From Chrysomallon squamiferum (Eukaryota; Animalia; Mollusca), in NCBI GenBank assembly GCA_012295275.1, contig CM022671.1, positions 26,164,001-26,228,000 on the forward strand: 64,000 nt of DNA. The letters are read 5' to 3'. A program made the position numbers and the translations under genes. How positions within the stretch are numbered: the first letter of the stretch is position 1; every line of letters starts with the position of its first letter. Positions 50,964 through 64,000 of this stretch are shown here, in pieces. Under the pieces are notes generated by a model that did not search any database, had not been told where the DNA came from, and saw only the letters and a list, made by a program, of their open reading frames with translations.

Positions 50964-53873
50964 ACAGTATGGCTCGGAGATTTTCTGAGAAATCGTCATC
51001 TTTTGTGGCTACACCGATGTAGCGAACAGTGATGTTCATTAGCTGTGCTGAGAAGAGACCTCTGTCTGTTTTTCATTCTTTCTTTCTAGGCATTATTTTT
51101 ATACCAGATACAGAATTCTGAAGAAAAATAAAACCAGTAAGTAATTATCTATAAATTAACATTGATTTTAACGCTATATATTCCTTTGAAACGCTGTTAG
51201 ATCTAACGTTTCACCTGCCCATGGGACTCCAAAGTGGCTAATCGGACCCCGCAGAATATGTCTCATTGGTACCCAGTATCACATTCATTATGTTAATCAT
51301 TAGTACCAGAGAACCACGTGGCTGATAGACTAAAACTGTACTAGAAGTTAAAAGAAGAAAAAATATATTAAAAAAGAATTACAAAACAAATAAATAAAAA
51401 ATAAATAAATAAATAAAACACACACAAACCGTTACAGGATTTGTGAAATATGTATTATCACCTCAATATTAAGTTGTAACAAATAAAACACAAAAAAAAA
51501 AAAAAATTACTCAAGGTAGTTCAAAAACATACTTTTTACCTGGTGTGTTAATGGCCTGCTCCAAAGCTCTCTAAACGATAAAATATATAGTAGCTGCAAT
51601 GATGGGAGATAGTTCTCACTACCATTATGCAGTCAGGAGTTTTTGGGTTGGCTCAAAGTTTCCTATCGCTCATCGGTCCCCAATTTCCACTAATCGTAAG
51701 TGGCGGACAGGATCTAAAAGGTCACCCAGGAAAACTTGTAATATTTTCTAAAAGGGCTCATTAAATCCCAAAATGTATTCAAAGGAATCAAATCGTAAAG
51801 GTTTTAAGCCTTATTTAAATCTTCTCAAAATCTACGCATTGTTATTTTATTTTATTAGGTTTATTATTTCTTTTCGCCGTTATCCACTGTTAAGGATCAT
51901 AAACCTCTGGCCCACAAACCCGCAACAACGAAGAATCAAACAACTTCCTCATCCGCCCCAAAAATCCACCAATAACACCAAAAATAAAGGTTATGAAAAT
52001 GGGTTTATCTAGATATGCCAACAAAGGCTTATTTAATTAAGAAATAATTTTAGACAATATCCATGTATTTGATTTATCGGCTATTTGTACGGCAAGAACA
52101 TAACAATAGTAATAGTTGTTTTCATATGACAGTCGTTAACCTTTGTTTATCTAATCGCGTTTTAATAGGCAGAATATTTATTATAAATTTATTGACAGAA
52201 AAACAAAAATTCGAAAGAATACACTTTCATTAATATTATTAGTAGGTTCATGAACAGCTGGTTGGAGTGCCAACAACAAAGGATTCAGTAATAATAATGA
52301 CAAAAACAACAATACTACTACTACTAAATATTATTAAAATAACAAGATGGGCTCTTTCAATGGAGAGGTTGAATTTCATGTTCTACCTAGGAGTGGAAAT
52401 ATTTCTTTATTTTTAAATTAACCTGTTTTTTTTGAAGGGGTCAATGTCACTGACAGATTTCATCATAACAAAACTAGATTCTGTTTATGGGATGGTGATC
52501 GTTAGCTTTATGAGATGTATATAGTTTTAGAGTGAAGTGAAGTGAAAAAAAATTAACGTGCTAATCAGAGCAAGCTGTTGTGATAGCAACTGACTTATAT
52601 ACTTCTGCCTTTCAGCTGAATGACCAATCATGATGGAGCAACTGTCAACCGATTTATGTATGTTCATAATCTCTCCACGAACAAGACCACCTCAGCGTCC
52701 CTGCATGCATGGATTGGCGTGGTAGTATCTCGGTAGTCCACGGTCTAACTGTTGGAGCAGATGGGATCCCAAAGGTGCATCTTGTATGACCAACCCTGCT
52801 GCGACTAACTAGCAAGTCCAAACAGAGGATGTAAGTCCCGAAAAACAATCTGGCTAGGAGAAGGTAACTAAGACTAAACCTCAAACTAACTTCATTAAGC
52901 AGACTGGGTCTGATGTAAATGACAAGCAACCACTGTAGGTATAGGTGTACTCGGACCAATGAAACAATCCGGATAGCCACATTTGATGATTCCTAAACTA
53001 AGGTAATGCGAAAGGATATGGCAGGAGAAGAACAGTTCCCTTTATATGAAAAATGTTTCTGGAATATAATTATTACTATTATTACTACAGTAAATAATGT
53101 GCCTATGACAACAACAACAGTAACAACTATTATTATTACTGCTTTTACTAATGTAACTTTAGTTATGTTATAACTACTATTTCCTTTGGTTCTACTACCA
53201 CTTCATTTTCTAATAACAGTACTTCTACCATTACTGAAATTGCATTTTTCTCTTCATTTTCTAAACAAAAGAAACAGTAATTATGGTTGTTACTATCATG
53301 ACAGAAAAAGTATTTTTCTCTGTAAAAGTGTAATAATATATATATATATAAAACTAACAAAACAAATAAAATATATATAAAAAAAAAAAAATACATAAAA
53401 ATAAAAAATAAAAAATAAAAAATATAGAAAAGATAAGAAGGAACACAAATTTGAATATAACAAATTTTATTAAACATAAACTCAACATTTTACAAAATAG
53501 CACTGTAGATATCAGCTTCAACCGAAACACTGGATAAAGTTAACATCAGTAGCTATTCAAAATCTCCGTTTATATTGAGTAATAACAATCTTACAATGTA
53601 TAAAATTCATTAAATAACTCATGTCACGCTATGGATTCATGAATCAATTAAAACCACGAAATACTTCAAGCTATGGATTCAGGCTTAAGGAAAATTTAAT
53701 TTATTTTACATAACCCTTATGTATATCAGTCAGATTATATTGATCCTCTCTAATAACAATATAACAAGATATAAAATTCATCACTCAACTGAACACGCAA
53801 AGATAACTCAAGTCACGGAAAGAATGCGCGAAGTAATAGAAATTACGCTATAGAAATACTATCAGATTTAAGC

Positions 53874-54533
53874 TTAATTATAACCATTTAATGCTTCGAC
53901 GGGAATGCAAGGACCGGAGAAACAAACGGGTATACTAACTGGATGGAAGGCAATATTTGAACTGTCACTGCTGGAAAATAATGACTTTGGAACATTGGCA
54001 GGGTGTATGGAGACGGGGAAATAATGGCTGCCAGATGGATGAAGAACAAATCCTGGAAAATACAAGCTGATGTTGGAGCTGAAATCTGTGGAAGCCAGTT
54101 CTCCCGAAGATTTGTTACTGCAGTCTACCGAGCTCTGATTGAAGCTGTCGTCGCTGGAACTTGGGTAGGGCGTGGATTCGTTATTGTAGTTGGATGTCAT
54201 TTTCTTCTCTCTCTTGCCGTCTCTTGGTTGTGTTCCTCCCGGGAACTGCTCGACGAAGTGTCGCTCTGCTGAACTTTCTGCTCCTGACGTGAAAAGCGTT
54301 GAGTGATGATCCGTTTCAGCTTGTATGTGCCTTGCCCGGAGCAGCTTGAAGTCGGGGATCCAGTGCTATAATGCGTCATTTCTGTACCGCGTTTTCTCAT
54401 TGGAAGGCTCTTGGAAGAAAAGGCTAATTTTTTGAATTTTGATCGAATATTTTACAGTTTTATGTAACATTAACTCATTATTATTTTTGAAGAGAATGGA
54501 TTTTGATATTTGATTCTGAATAAAACTAAACTC

Positions 54534-54594
<61 letters not shown>

Positions 54595-54600
54595 TAATAA
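53874..54600 (-). pseudogene. Truncated cwo type B relic with an added 7-nt frameshift
   Basis: Same ggct|aat deletion junction (54425) as the 27.7-kb relic. aagattc is deleted near 54207, splitting the ORF. Confidence 0.9.
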
Positions 54601-55379
54601 CAACAATAAAACAACATTAATATCAAATCAACAACTACAATAAATAAAAAAAATAATAATAAAAAAAAAAAAAAAAAAAAAAAAATAAATAAATAAATAA
54701 ATAAATTTATAGTTCCTAAATTGTATTCATTGTCCATATCATATTTCAATTTTTTTTTTTATTGTTTTCAAAAGAACCTGTTGGTATGTTCTTATTTTGA
54801 TTTAATATTTAACAACATTTTCCAGAATAATAAGAGAATACGACATAGAACATTTGTGCATCCTCAGTAAAAAGAATACGATTTTATATTTCCAGCAGGA
54901 TCTACAAGAATAATCCCACTGTAAATGTTTCGGCACTATGTAATATTACAAGAGAAATGCCCCATGTACACTGATACTACTATGCACACTCTAATATTGT
55001 CGTATCTCCTAATAAATGAACAAGCAAACAAACAAACAAACAAACAAACAAATAAAAATAAAATAAATAAATAAATAAATAAATTAATATTAAATAAGAA
55101 AACAACTAAGTATACAGCTGAATAAGTAAAAAAAAAAAAAAAAAAAAAAATACAGGTTTTTTTCATTCTCAGCTGAATCATAAGAACATTATTTCGTTAC
55201 TGAAGTTTTGACCGCATTTTATACACTCAGTTTGCTAAATAAAATATACAGTAGAATGACAGCTCTGTCTAATAAAATGACTTTCTGGGGAATGAAATAA
55301 AAGCTATTCTAAATCCTTAAATATTAAAAATATTCCATAAAAAATAGGTGATTTGTTAAAATGTATGTTCATGAAAGAC

Positions 55380-55441
<62 letters not shown>

Positions 55442-55527
55442 CCATCCTCACGTATCTCATTGTATTCCGCACTCACTGCAACGAACAGTTTGGACATCAA
55501 AATAATTTGTTATAAAAATAAATATTA

Positions 55528-55571
<44 letters not shown>

Positions 55572-55604
55572 AAAAAAGAGTTATAATAAAATAAATAAAT
55601 AACC

Positions 55605-55920
55605 GATAACAGATTAACTGTTAAAGAAAAAAAGCTATCTCATAGCACAAACAAGAAAAACAACTCACACAAACACAAAAAATAAAATTAATAAAGAAAT
55701 AAAATAAGTGATAACAGATTAACAGTTAAAGAAAAAAAAGCTATCTCATAGCAGAAACAAGAAAAACAACTCACACAAACACAAAAAGTAAAATTAATAA
55801 AGAAATAAAATAACTGATAACAAATTAACAGTTAAAGAAAAAAAAGCTACCTCATAGCACAAACAAGAAAATCAACTCACACAAACACAAAAAATAAAAT
55901 TAATAAAGAAATAAAAAAAC
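55605..55920. repeat. ~105-bp tandem repeat upstream of type A, variable copy number
   Basis: Units start at about 55605, 55710 and 55816 in A4. Two units upstream of A2 (about 29493-29700), one plus a short duplication in A3, a partial unit in A1. Confidence 0.85.
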
Positions 55921-56259
55921 GTTATAAAAATTCAGAAGTGTTGATATATATGAAACAAAAAAATTGTTGCTAATAAAATGCCAATCTTCGTTGCCAGTCA
56001 TTCTGTAATACGCGTGTTTAGCAACCAGCTCATGAATATTTATAAACTACGTCATTAAACACGAATTCCAAAACGTGACTGAAGAGCATAAAACCAGCTC
56101 ACCGCAAAGCAGATACCATTCGAGTCTAGCCAGCTTGAATATCAGATATTATTCTAGAAAAACAGAAAAGAAGAAGAAGAAAAAAGTTCCTTTTGACAAT
56201 TAAACATTTGTCTTACATAACATAGAAGTATATTTCTGCATCTGAAAACCTTAAACATC

Positions 56260-56856
56260 ATGATGACCTGGGAAGAACCTGAAATGAAGCGATTTAAACG
56301 CAAAAGAAGCGAATCAGACTGGTAAGAAAACTATTACATTTTTAAAGTATATTTAATAATATTTGTTTCATTTCTAAATTTGTAAATTAGATCATTATGT
56401 TCAGTTATTATAATTATAATTATAATAATAATAAAAATTATTAGTTGGTTGGTGTTGATAATAATGTTGATTACGATGCTGATGCTGATAATGACTATTA
56501 GTATTAATATAAGTATAGTTACTATAATATAACCATAATGTTAAATCGATCGGAAATTTGTAGATAAACAATTTAAAACAAATTTTACGCTAAACCTGGC
56601 CGGAGCGAAAGTTTAATTCTGTAATGATACATACATTTTTCTATGTCTTAAGATTAAATTCGGAGTACAACTCGTTTGAAATAAACTACAAAGCTCTGCC
56701 TTTCAATCTGTTTTAAGCGATATTTTATTTTTTATTATTATTATTTTTTGTAAAATGCCTTTTTAAATGAAATTATAAAACCTTTACATTATTACAACAA
56801 TATACAAGTATTAATATTTTAAGTTTAGAACGTCGAAATTTACTGATAAAAAATGA

Positions 56857-56912
<56 letters not shown>

Positions 56913-57168
56913 TATTAGAATGTACACGTTCAATTAAGTCCAAAATTATAAGCTCTAGAATATATACACACATACGTACAAACTTACTTACAAATGTATA
57001 CACACACGTACATGGTTGGCACATGTTATAATGTTTATATTATTATTATTATTTTTTTTATTGCAGGAATGTAAACATTTCCAATTCTACTGATGACTGC
57101 GATGGAAAGAAAGGAAAATCTGTGAAGGTTAGTAATACTATGTGTAATAATAATTGTATAATTATGTT

Positions 57169-57259
<91 letters not shown>

Positions 57260-57773
57260 GGCTGGCTTGACAGTGAAAAATAATCTTTTAATTTAGTTTG
57301 TCATTTAGCGTCCTCTATGGATGCCGTCTGCGATCAAAATATCAAGGGAAGGTACTCCTTCATAAATTATTTTTGCCGCGAAAATTAACTGCGATTTCAT
57401 ATGGAAAGAAAACAGACATGTTTCCATTGACCCTGGTGATTACGGCAAATTGGCAGGCTTTTTTTTCTTAGTCGTTGTGCGTGAATGAGGGTGCAAGAGG
57501 GCACTCAAAAATGTGTTGGTAATATATTTCAAAGTTTCAATTATTATTACTTTTTTTTTTCTTTTTAATTTTTAATTCTTTTTTTTATTCCCTTACTTAT
57601 GTACATTATATTTTACAGGATTCGGCATCACATAGGATCATTGAAAAACGACGAAGAGATCGAATGAACACGTGTTTGGCTGATCTCTGCAAACTCATGC
57701 CAAGTCATTATTTGAAACAGGTAAAATTTCTGATAAATGAGTTTTAAATACGATAATTAGCAAATCTTACTAA

Positions 57774-57860
<87 letters not shown>

Positions 57861-58630
57861 AACTGACTGTTTACTAACTTACAGACAATTACGATATTTA
57901 CATATTAACAATGAAAAAAGGTGGAAAATTAAAAATAATTAAAGGTGGAAAATTTATAATATTATTAGGCTGAACATTTTATAGGCTCATATAAGTAAAT
58001 TTATTAACATATGTATAATAATAATAATTTTTTTCAATTATTCCTTTATTTTAGGGTCAAAGACGCACAGAGAAAACTGAAATTATTGAAATGGCAATAA
58101 AACTGATAAAAACTCTTCAAAATGATGTGGTTAAAAAAGGTGATTATATTTATTTTGTTGTTTTATTTTTAGATGCTAGTAACATTAATTTAGAAAGTGT
58201 TTTAGAATAGGAATCTTGACTGTATGTACATTTAAAAAAAACCCCAAAACCCAACAAAATCTTGCTTTATTATATTATTGGTATTTATTTATTATTTATT
58301 TATTATTGTTAAAATCTATTTGAGTATCGCCATTTTTAGTCGTGACGTCATCGCGTACAGTTTCTTCTATCTTTCTGAGAAAATATGCAGTTTGCAGTCC
58401 GTCACAAACATTTCGAAAAACAACTATAATAGCTGAGTTCAATCTTTCAGTAACAATATTGTTTTATTGTCAAAAACAATTTCAAGTTCTTAAATACTTA
58501 AGTTCTTAAAGCTTCCAAAAAGTTTCTTCCAACAGGTAAACAAAATAAATGTCATTAAAAGTAAATGCTGTTCATAACAGAATACCTAATCTATTTTGGT
58601 TCATTACTATTACAAGAACAACAACTACTA

Positions 58631-58663
<33 letters not shown>

Positions 58664-59735
58664 TTACTAGTTCTACCACTACTACTAATACTACTACTAC
58701 TACTAAAACTACCACTACTATTACTACTACTACTACTACTACTGCTACTGCTACCACTACTACTACTATTGTTACTGTTACTGTTTCTTATACTACTACT
58801 ACTATTACTACTACCACGACTATAACTTTACTTCAGTATTCTAAAGGAACTACAGACCCGCTCTTATCAATATTTATGAACAGTATATATATTATAACCA
58901 GAAGAATCCATTCAGTTTATATAATATATATATTTTTTAAATTATTATAGTGTCAGGGAGCAATTACGATAGTGACTATAACAGTTCGTCATCTTGTGTA
59001 AGTGGAAATGAAAGTGGCAGTTCGTCACATTCATTATCATCGTCTTCGCCAGACGAGAATATTTCGAGCGAACTGTCCGAAAAGAACATTCGGGAACATT
59101 TCAAGAAGACAGAAAGGGATTCGGACAGCGGCTTCAGCAACATGGATTCGGCATTTTCGTCTATGAGTCTACCTCTGAGGAAAACTGCCAGTGACCAGAC
59201 TGGGTGGAGCAAAACACAGGAGTGTTAGGAGGCGCGCGTGACCTCTAGCAGCACTTCTGGACATGGTTCGTTCTACAAGTTCAAACACAACATCAGTAAG
59301 CGCTTCTGTCAAGAGGAACTCAAAGTGCAGTCCAGCGACACGTCGTCGAGCAGCTCTCAGGAAGAGCAGATGATGGCATCACAACGACGGAACACGTTAG
59401 AAGCCATGATATGTAACTACAACAGTACAGAGAGCATGTCGTACCCGAGTTCCAGTGATGGCAGTCAAAGCCCACAGAACTGCAGTGGCAAGTCTTCGGG
59501 GGCGCTGCAGTCAGCCAGAACGTATGCAAACAGGGGCTTGTTTCTTCCTGGCTTTGTTCTGCATCCGTCCGGTAGTTACTACTTCCCCATCTCCATACAT
59601 CCGGAAAATATACCCGCATCGCTCTTACTCGGCTCTGATAATATCTCTGACGTGTTCCATCCTGTGAACATACCTGTCCAGTTTTGTGCACCGAGCGTTA
59701 CAACGAAAGGTACAGAGATTCAGCATTCAGCCTAA
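56260..59735 (+). pseudogene. cwo-like copy A4 with a premature stop in the last exon (pseudogene or ~195-aa truncated bHLH); exons 56260-56321, 57067-57127, 57619-57720, 58055-58139, 58951-59735
   Basis: TAC (Tyr in A1-A3) is TAG at 59226-59228; splice sites are otherwise intact. Confidence 0.8.
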
Positions 59736-59810
59736 CTTAAAAAAAAACAAAAGAGAGAATAAGAAGAATGAAAGAAAATAGTTTTCATTGCATTACAGCT
59801 ATTATTATTA

Positions 59811-59848
<38 letters not shown>

Positions 59849-62800
59849 ATACCATATTTATATAATTTATCCAGTAAGTTAAAATGTTGTTTAGAGTGTA
59901 AAGTTATAAACAAAAATATTAATATAGATGTAAATATAATGGTGAATATGTTAAAATGGTGGTAAATATAAATGAGTCACATTTAGAAATTGTTTGACAT
60001 AATTAATAGACCAGCTTGAACATTTTAAAATTGGAAAAAATAAATCATATCTCTATATGAACAGAGTGGATTTGATAAGCTGGTAATTGATTATAAAATT
60101 ATGTTTGAGAATTCTAAATGAACATTTCGTTTAGTCCTGTTGTTTACTTAGTTATTAAATTAGTCATTAGCGGTTGCTGAGCATGTTTTAATATGCGATT
60201 TGTAATGTTGTTAATCATTGTTTAATAGTGCTATTTGATTGTTACGTGAATAAAGATTTTGTTTTTAACGTTTTAATATCACGTTATTTATTTATTTATT
60301 GATCATAAGACTAATTTTTGGGTCGTAGTTTATTTTGTTACAGCATTGATATTTACTGACTGACACAGATATGATATATTAACCTGTGGGGTACACGTAA
60401 CCGAACAGAAAGTACAAAACGAAAAGACCAAAACCCTGATAGTTAATTATGCCATTAGTAATGCACTGTTTACTTTGGTTCATTTCTGTGTCAAACTAAC
60501 GAAATAATAAATGCTATGTTTTCGAATTTACAAGTTATGGCTGGGGAAGTAGCTGCATGTATGTGCACGTATGTAATAAAATGTGCACTTATGTAATCAA
60601 ATGCCACTCCAGTAACGAGGTAAAGCTAACAGTCACAGTCACGTTATTGTCATATAGTTGACACATGTAACAAAATGTACATATACGAAAATCTCAAGAA
60701 AGCCGTCACTGACAAGTGGTAGTGGAAATTGGGGAACGATGAGTCATTTTTAAGATATTTGGCCATTTCACCCAAAGCTTCTTAGCTGTTGATAGAAAAA
60801 CTGTTGATGCTTATAGAAGCTTTCGATTACAATATAGAGCTTAATATGCTTTCTTCAATAACATCATTACGGGAGAAACTTATGTAACAGGGTCGTGATG
60901 ACTCACCGCGCCCCAGGGAGGGGGACCAATGAGCCACCCACTGTATGGGCCATGACTAAAAAGAACACACGTTAATTGTTTAAAATTATTTCTATCATAA
61001 ATTTCATCTTAGATGCACATGCTGTAATAAACTAATGGGTGAATTACATGTTCAGCACACTGACGTCATGCTAGGGTTTATTGTGCTGTTGACTCAGTCT
61101 CCATGGTTACAGTGTAGTTTCACGGTCCTAAATTAATGCTGAATCTTATTGAAGATAGAGCACATCAAATCTGCCACTAAACTGTATAATTCCATTCTGA
61201 CTTTTAGTAGATTTCACATCAGGTTAGGGAAGGACACCCAAAATCAAATCTGCCTCAACTGAGCTTATTTCGTCCTGGATACGCTCAACAAATTCACAAA
61301 TCACAGTATGGCTCGGAGATTTTCTGAGAAATCGTCATCTTTTGTGCTTACACCGATGTAGTGAACAGTGATGTTCGTTAGCTCTGCTGAGAAAAGACCT
61401 CTGTCTGTTTTCCATTCTTTCTTTCTAGGCATTCTTTTTATACCAGATACAGAATTCTGAAGAAAAATAAAACCAGTAATTAATTATCTATAAATTAACA
61501 TTGATTTTATCATTGGACTCCAAAATGGTTAAACGGACCCCACAGAATATGGCTCATTGGTACCCATTACCACTTTCATTATGTTAATCGAGAGTACCAG
61601 AGAACCTCGTGGCTGATAGACTAAAACTGTACTAGAAGTTAAAGAATAAATAATATAAAACAAAAGAATTACAAAACAAATATATAAAAAATAAATAAAT
61701 AAATAAAACACACACAAACCTATACAGGATTTGTGAAATATGTATTATCACCTCAATATTAAGTTGTAACAAATAAAACACCCCCCCCCCCCGAAAAAAA
61801 TAAAATTATTCAAGGTAGTTTTAAAACATAATTTTTAACTGGTGTGTTAATGGCCTGCTCCAAAGCTCTCTTATAAAATGTATAGTAGCTGCAATGATGG
61901 GAGATAGTTCTCACTACCATTATGCAGTCAGGAGTTTTTGGGTTGGCTCAAAGTTTCCTCTCGCTCATCGGTCCCCAATTTCCCCTAATCGTAAGTGGCG
62001 GACAGGATCTAAAAGGTCACCCAGGAAGCACTTGTAATATTTTCTAAAAGGGCTCATTAAATCCTAAAATGTATTCAAAGGAATCAAATCGTGAAGGTTT
62101 TAAGCCTTATTTAAATCTTCTGAAAATCTACGCATTGTTATTTTATTTTATTAGTTTTATTATTTCTTTTCATCGTTATCCATTGTTAAGGATCATAAAC
62201 CTCTGGCCCCAAACCCGCAACAACGAAGAATCAAACAACTTCCTCGTCCGCCCTTTGTTTATCTAATCGCTTTTTAGTAGGCAGAATATTTATTATAAAT
62301 TTATTGAGAGAAAAACAAAAATTCGAAAGAATACACTTTCATTAATATTATTATTAGGTTCATGAACAGCTGGTTGGAATGCCAACAACAAAGGATTCAG
62401 TCATAATAATGACAAAAACAACAATACTACTACTACTAATTATTATTATAATAACAAGATGGGCTCTTCCAATGGAGAGGTTGAATTTCATGTTCTGCCT
62501 AGGAGTGGAAATATTTTTTTATTTTTAAATTAACATTTGTTTTTTTGAAGGGGTCAATGTCACTGACAGATTTCATCATAACAAAACTAGATTCGGATTA
62601 TGGGGTGGTGGTCATTAGCTTTATGAGATGTATATAGTTTTAGAGTGAAGTGAATTGAAAAAAAATTAACGTGCTAATCAGAGGAAGCTGTTGTGATAGC
62701 AACTGACTTATATACTTCTGCCTTTCAGCTGAATGACCAATCATGATGGAGCAACTGTCAACCGATTTATGTATGTTCATAATCTCTCCACGAACAAGAC

Positions 62801-63541
62801 CACCTCAGCGTCCCTGCATGCATGGATTGGCATGGTAATATCTCGGTAGTCCACGGTCTAACTGTTGGAGCAGATGGGATCCCAAAGGTGCATCCTGTAT
62901 GACCAACCCTGCTGCGACTAACCAGCAAGTCCAAACAGAGGATGTAAGTCCCGAAAAACAATCTGGCTAGGAGAAGGTAACTAAGACTAAACCTCAGACT
63001 AACTTCATTAAGCAGACTGGGTCTGATGTAAATGACAAACAACCACTGTAGGTATAGGTGTACTGCGACCAATGAAACAATTCGGATAGCCACATTTGAT
63101 GATTCCTAAACTAAGGGAATGCGAAAGGATATGGCAGGAGAAGAACAGTTCCCTTTATATGAAAAATGCTTCTGGAATATAATTATTACTATTATTACTA
63201 CAGTAAATAATGTGCCTGTGACAACAACAACAGTAACAACTATTATTTAACTGCTTTTACTAATGTACTATTTCCTTTGGTTCTGTCACCATTGTAACTG
63301 CTACTTCTACCATTACTCCTACTACTCCTACTTCATTTTCTAATAACAGTAATTTTGGAAAATTTAATTTATTTTACATAACCCTTATGTATATCAGTCA
63401 GATTATATTGATCCTCTCTAATAACAATATAAGAAGATATAAAATTCATCACTCAACTGAACACGCAATGATAACTCAAGTCACGCAAAGAATGCGCGAA
63501 GTAATAGAAATTACGCTGTAGAAACACTATCAGATTTAAGC

Positions 63542-64000
63542 TTAATTATTGCCATTTAATGCTTCGACGGGAATGCAAGGACCGGAGAAACGAACGGGTG
63601 TACTAACTGGATGGAAGGCAATATTTGAACTGTCACTGCTGGAAAATAATGACTTTGGAACATTGGCAGGGTGTATGGAGACGGGGAAGTAATGGCTGCC
63701 AGACGGATGAAGAACAAATCCTGGAAGATACAAGCTGATGTTGGAGCTGAAATCTGTGGAAGCCAGTTCTCCCGAAGATTTGTTACTGCAGTCTACCGAG
63801 CTCTGATTGAAGCTGTCGTCGCTGGAACTTGGGTAGGGCGTGGATTCGTTATTGTAGTTGGATGTCATTTTCTTCAAGATTCTCTCTCTTGCCGTCTCTT
63901 GGTTGTGTTCCTCCCGGGAACTGCTCGACGAAGTGTCGCTCTGCTGAACTTTCTGCTCCTGACGTGAAAAGCGTTGAGTGATGATCCGTTTCAGCTTGTA
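63542..64000 (-). CDS. 3' end of another cwo type B copy, cut by the window edge (intact or relic unknown)
   Basis: Open frame matching the 44004-44463 region ([20 protein letters not shown]). Confidence 0.6.
   Translation of the reverse strand, partial: YKLKRIITQRFSRQEQKVQQSDTSSSSSREEHNQETARERILKKMTSNYNNESTPYPSSSDDSFNQSSVDCSNKSSGELASTDFSSNISLYLPGFVLHPSGSHYFPVSIHPANVPKSLFSSSDSSNIAFHPVSTPVRFSGPCIPVEALNGNN

Larger units (their letters stand above)
19360..64000. repeat. Tandem segmental-duplication array of a convergent cwo-like gene pair (A> spacer <B)
   Basis: Near-identical blocks restart at about 19360, 29080, 35111, 50960 (spacer only) and 55205. Introns, UTRs and spacer are all duplicated. 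Confidence 0.95.

Noticed and set aside
1-64000. tRNA, rRNA or CRISPR arrays
   Set aside because: None recognised by eye; a covariance-model scan was not run.

Overview
AT-rich, microsatellite-dense animal genomic DNA with spliceosomal introns, probably molluscan (inferred from gene content and repeat types). The first 17 kb holds the last two coding exons of dystroglycan (+), with a greatly expanded mucin-like region, and a convergent 4-exon gene with 9 zinc fingers (-). Several non-autonomous DNA transposons and a Tc1 transposase remnant lie in the same region. From about 19.3 kb to the window end is a young tandem array of clockwork orange (cwo)-like bHLH genes built from a convergent gene pair. 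Type A (+) has 4 copies that all lost the Orange exon except a 25-nt stub, and one copy has a last-exon stop. Type B (-) has one complete 6-exon bHLH-Orange gene, two deleted relics and one copy cut by the window edge. The A and B upstream regions share a 21-bp element, and RFX X-box-like sites recur in the locus. The repeated spacer carries an RTE-like 5' fragment with a candidate HDV-like ribozyme fold. All gene models were spliced by eye using GT-AG sites and phase checks. No database searches were run.
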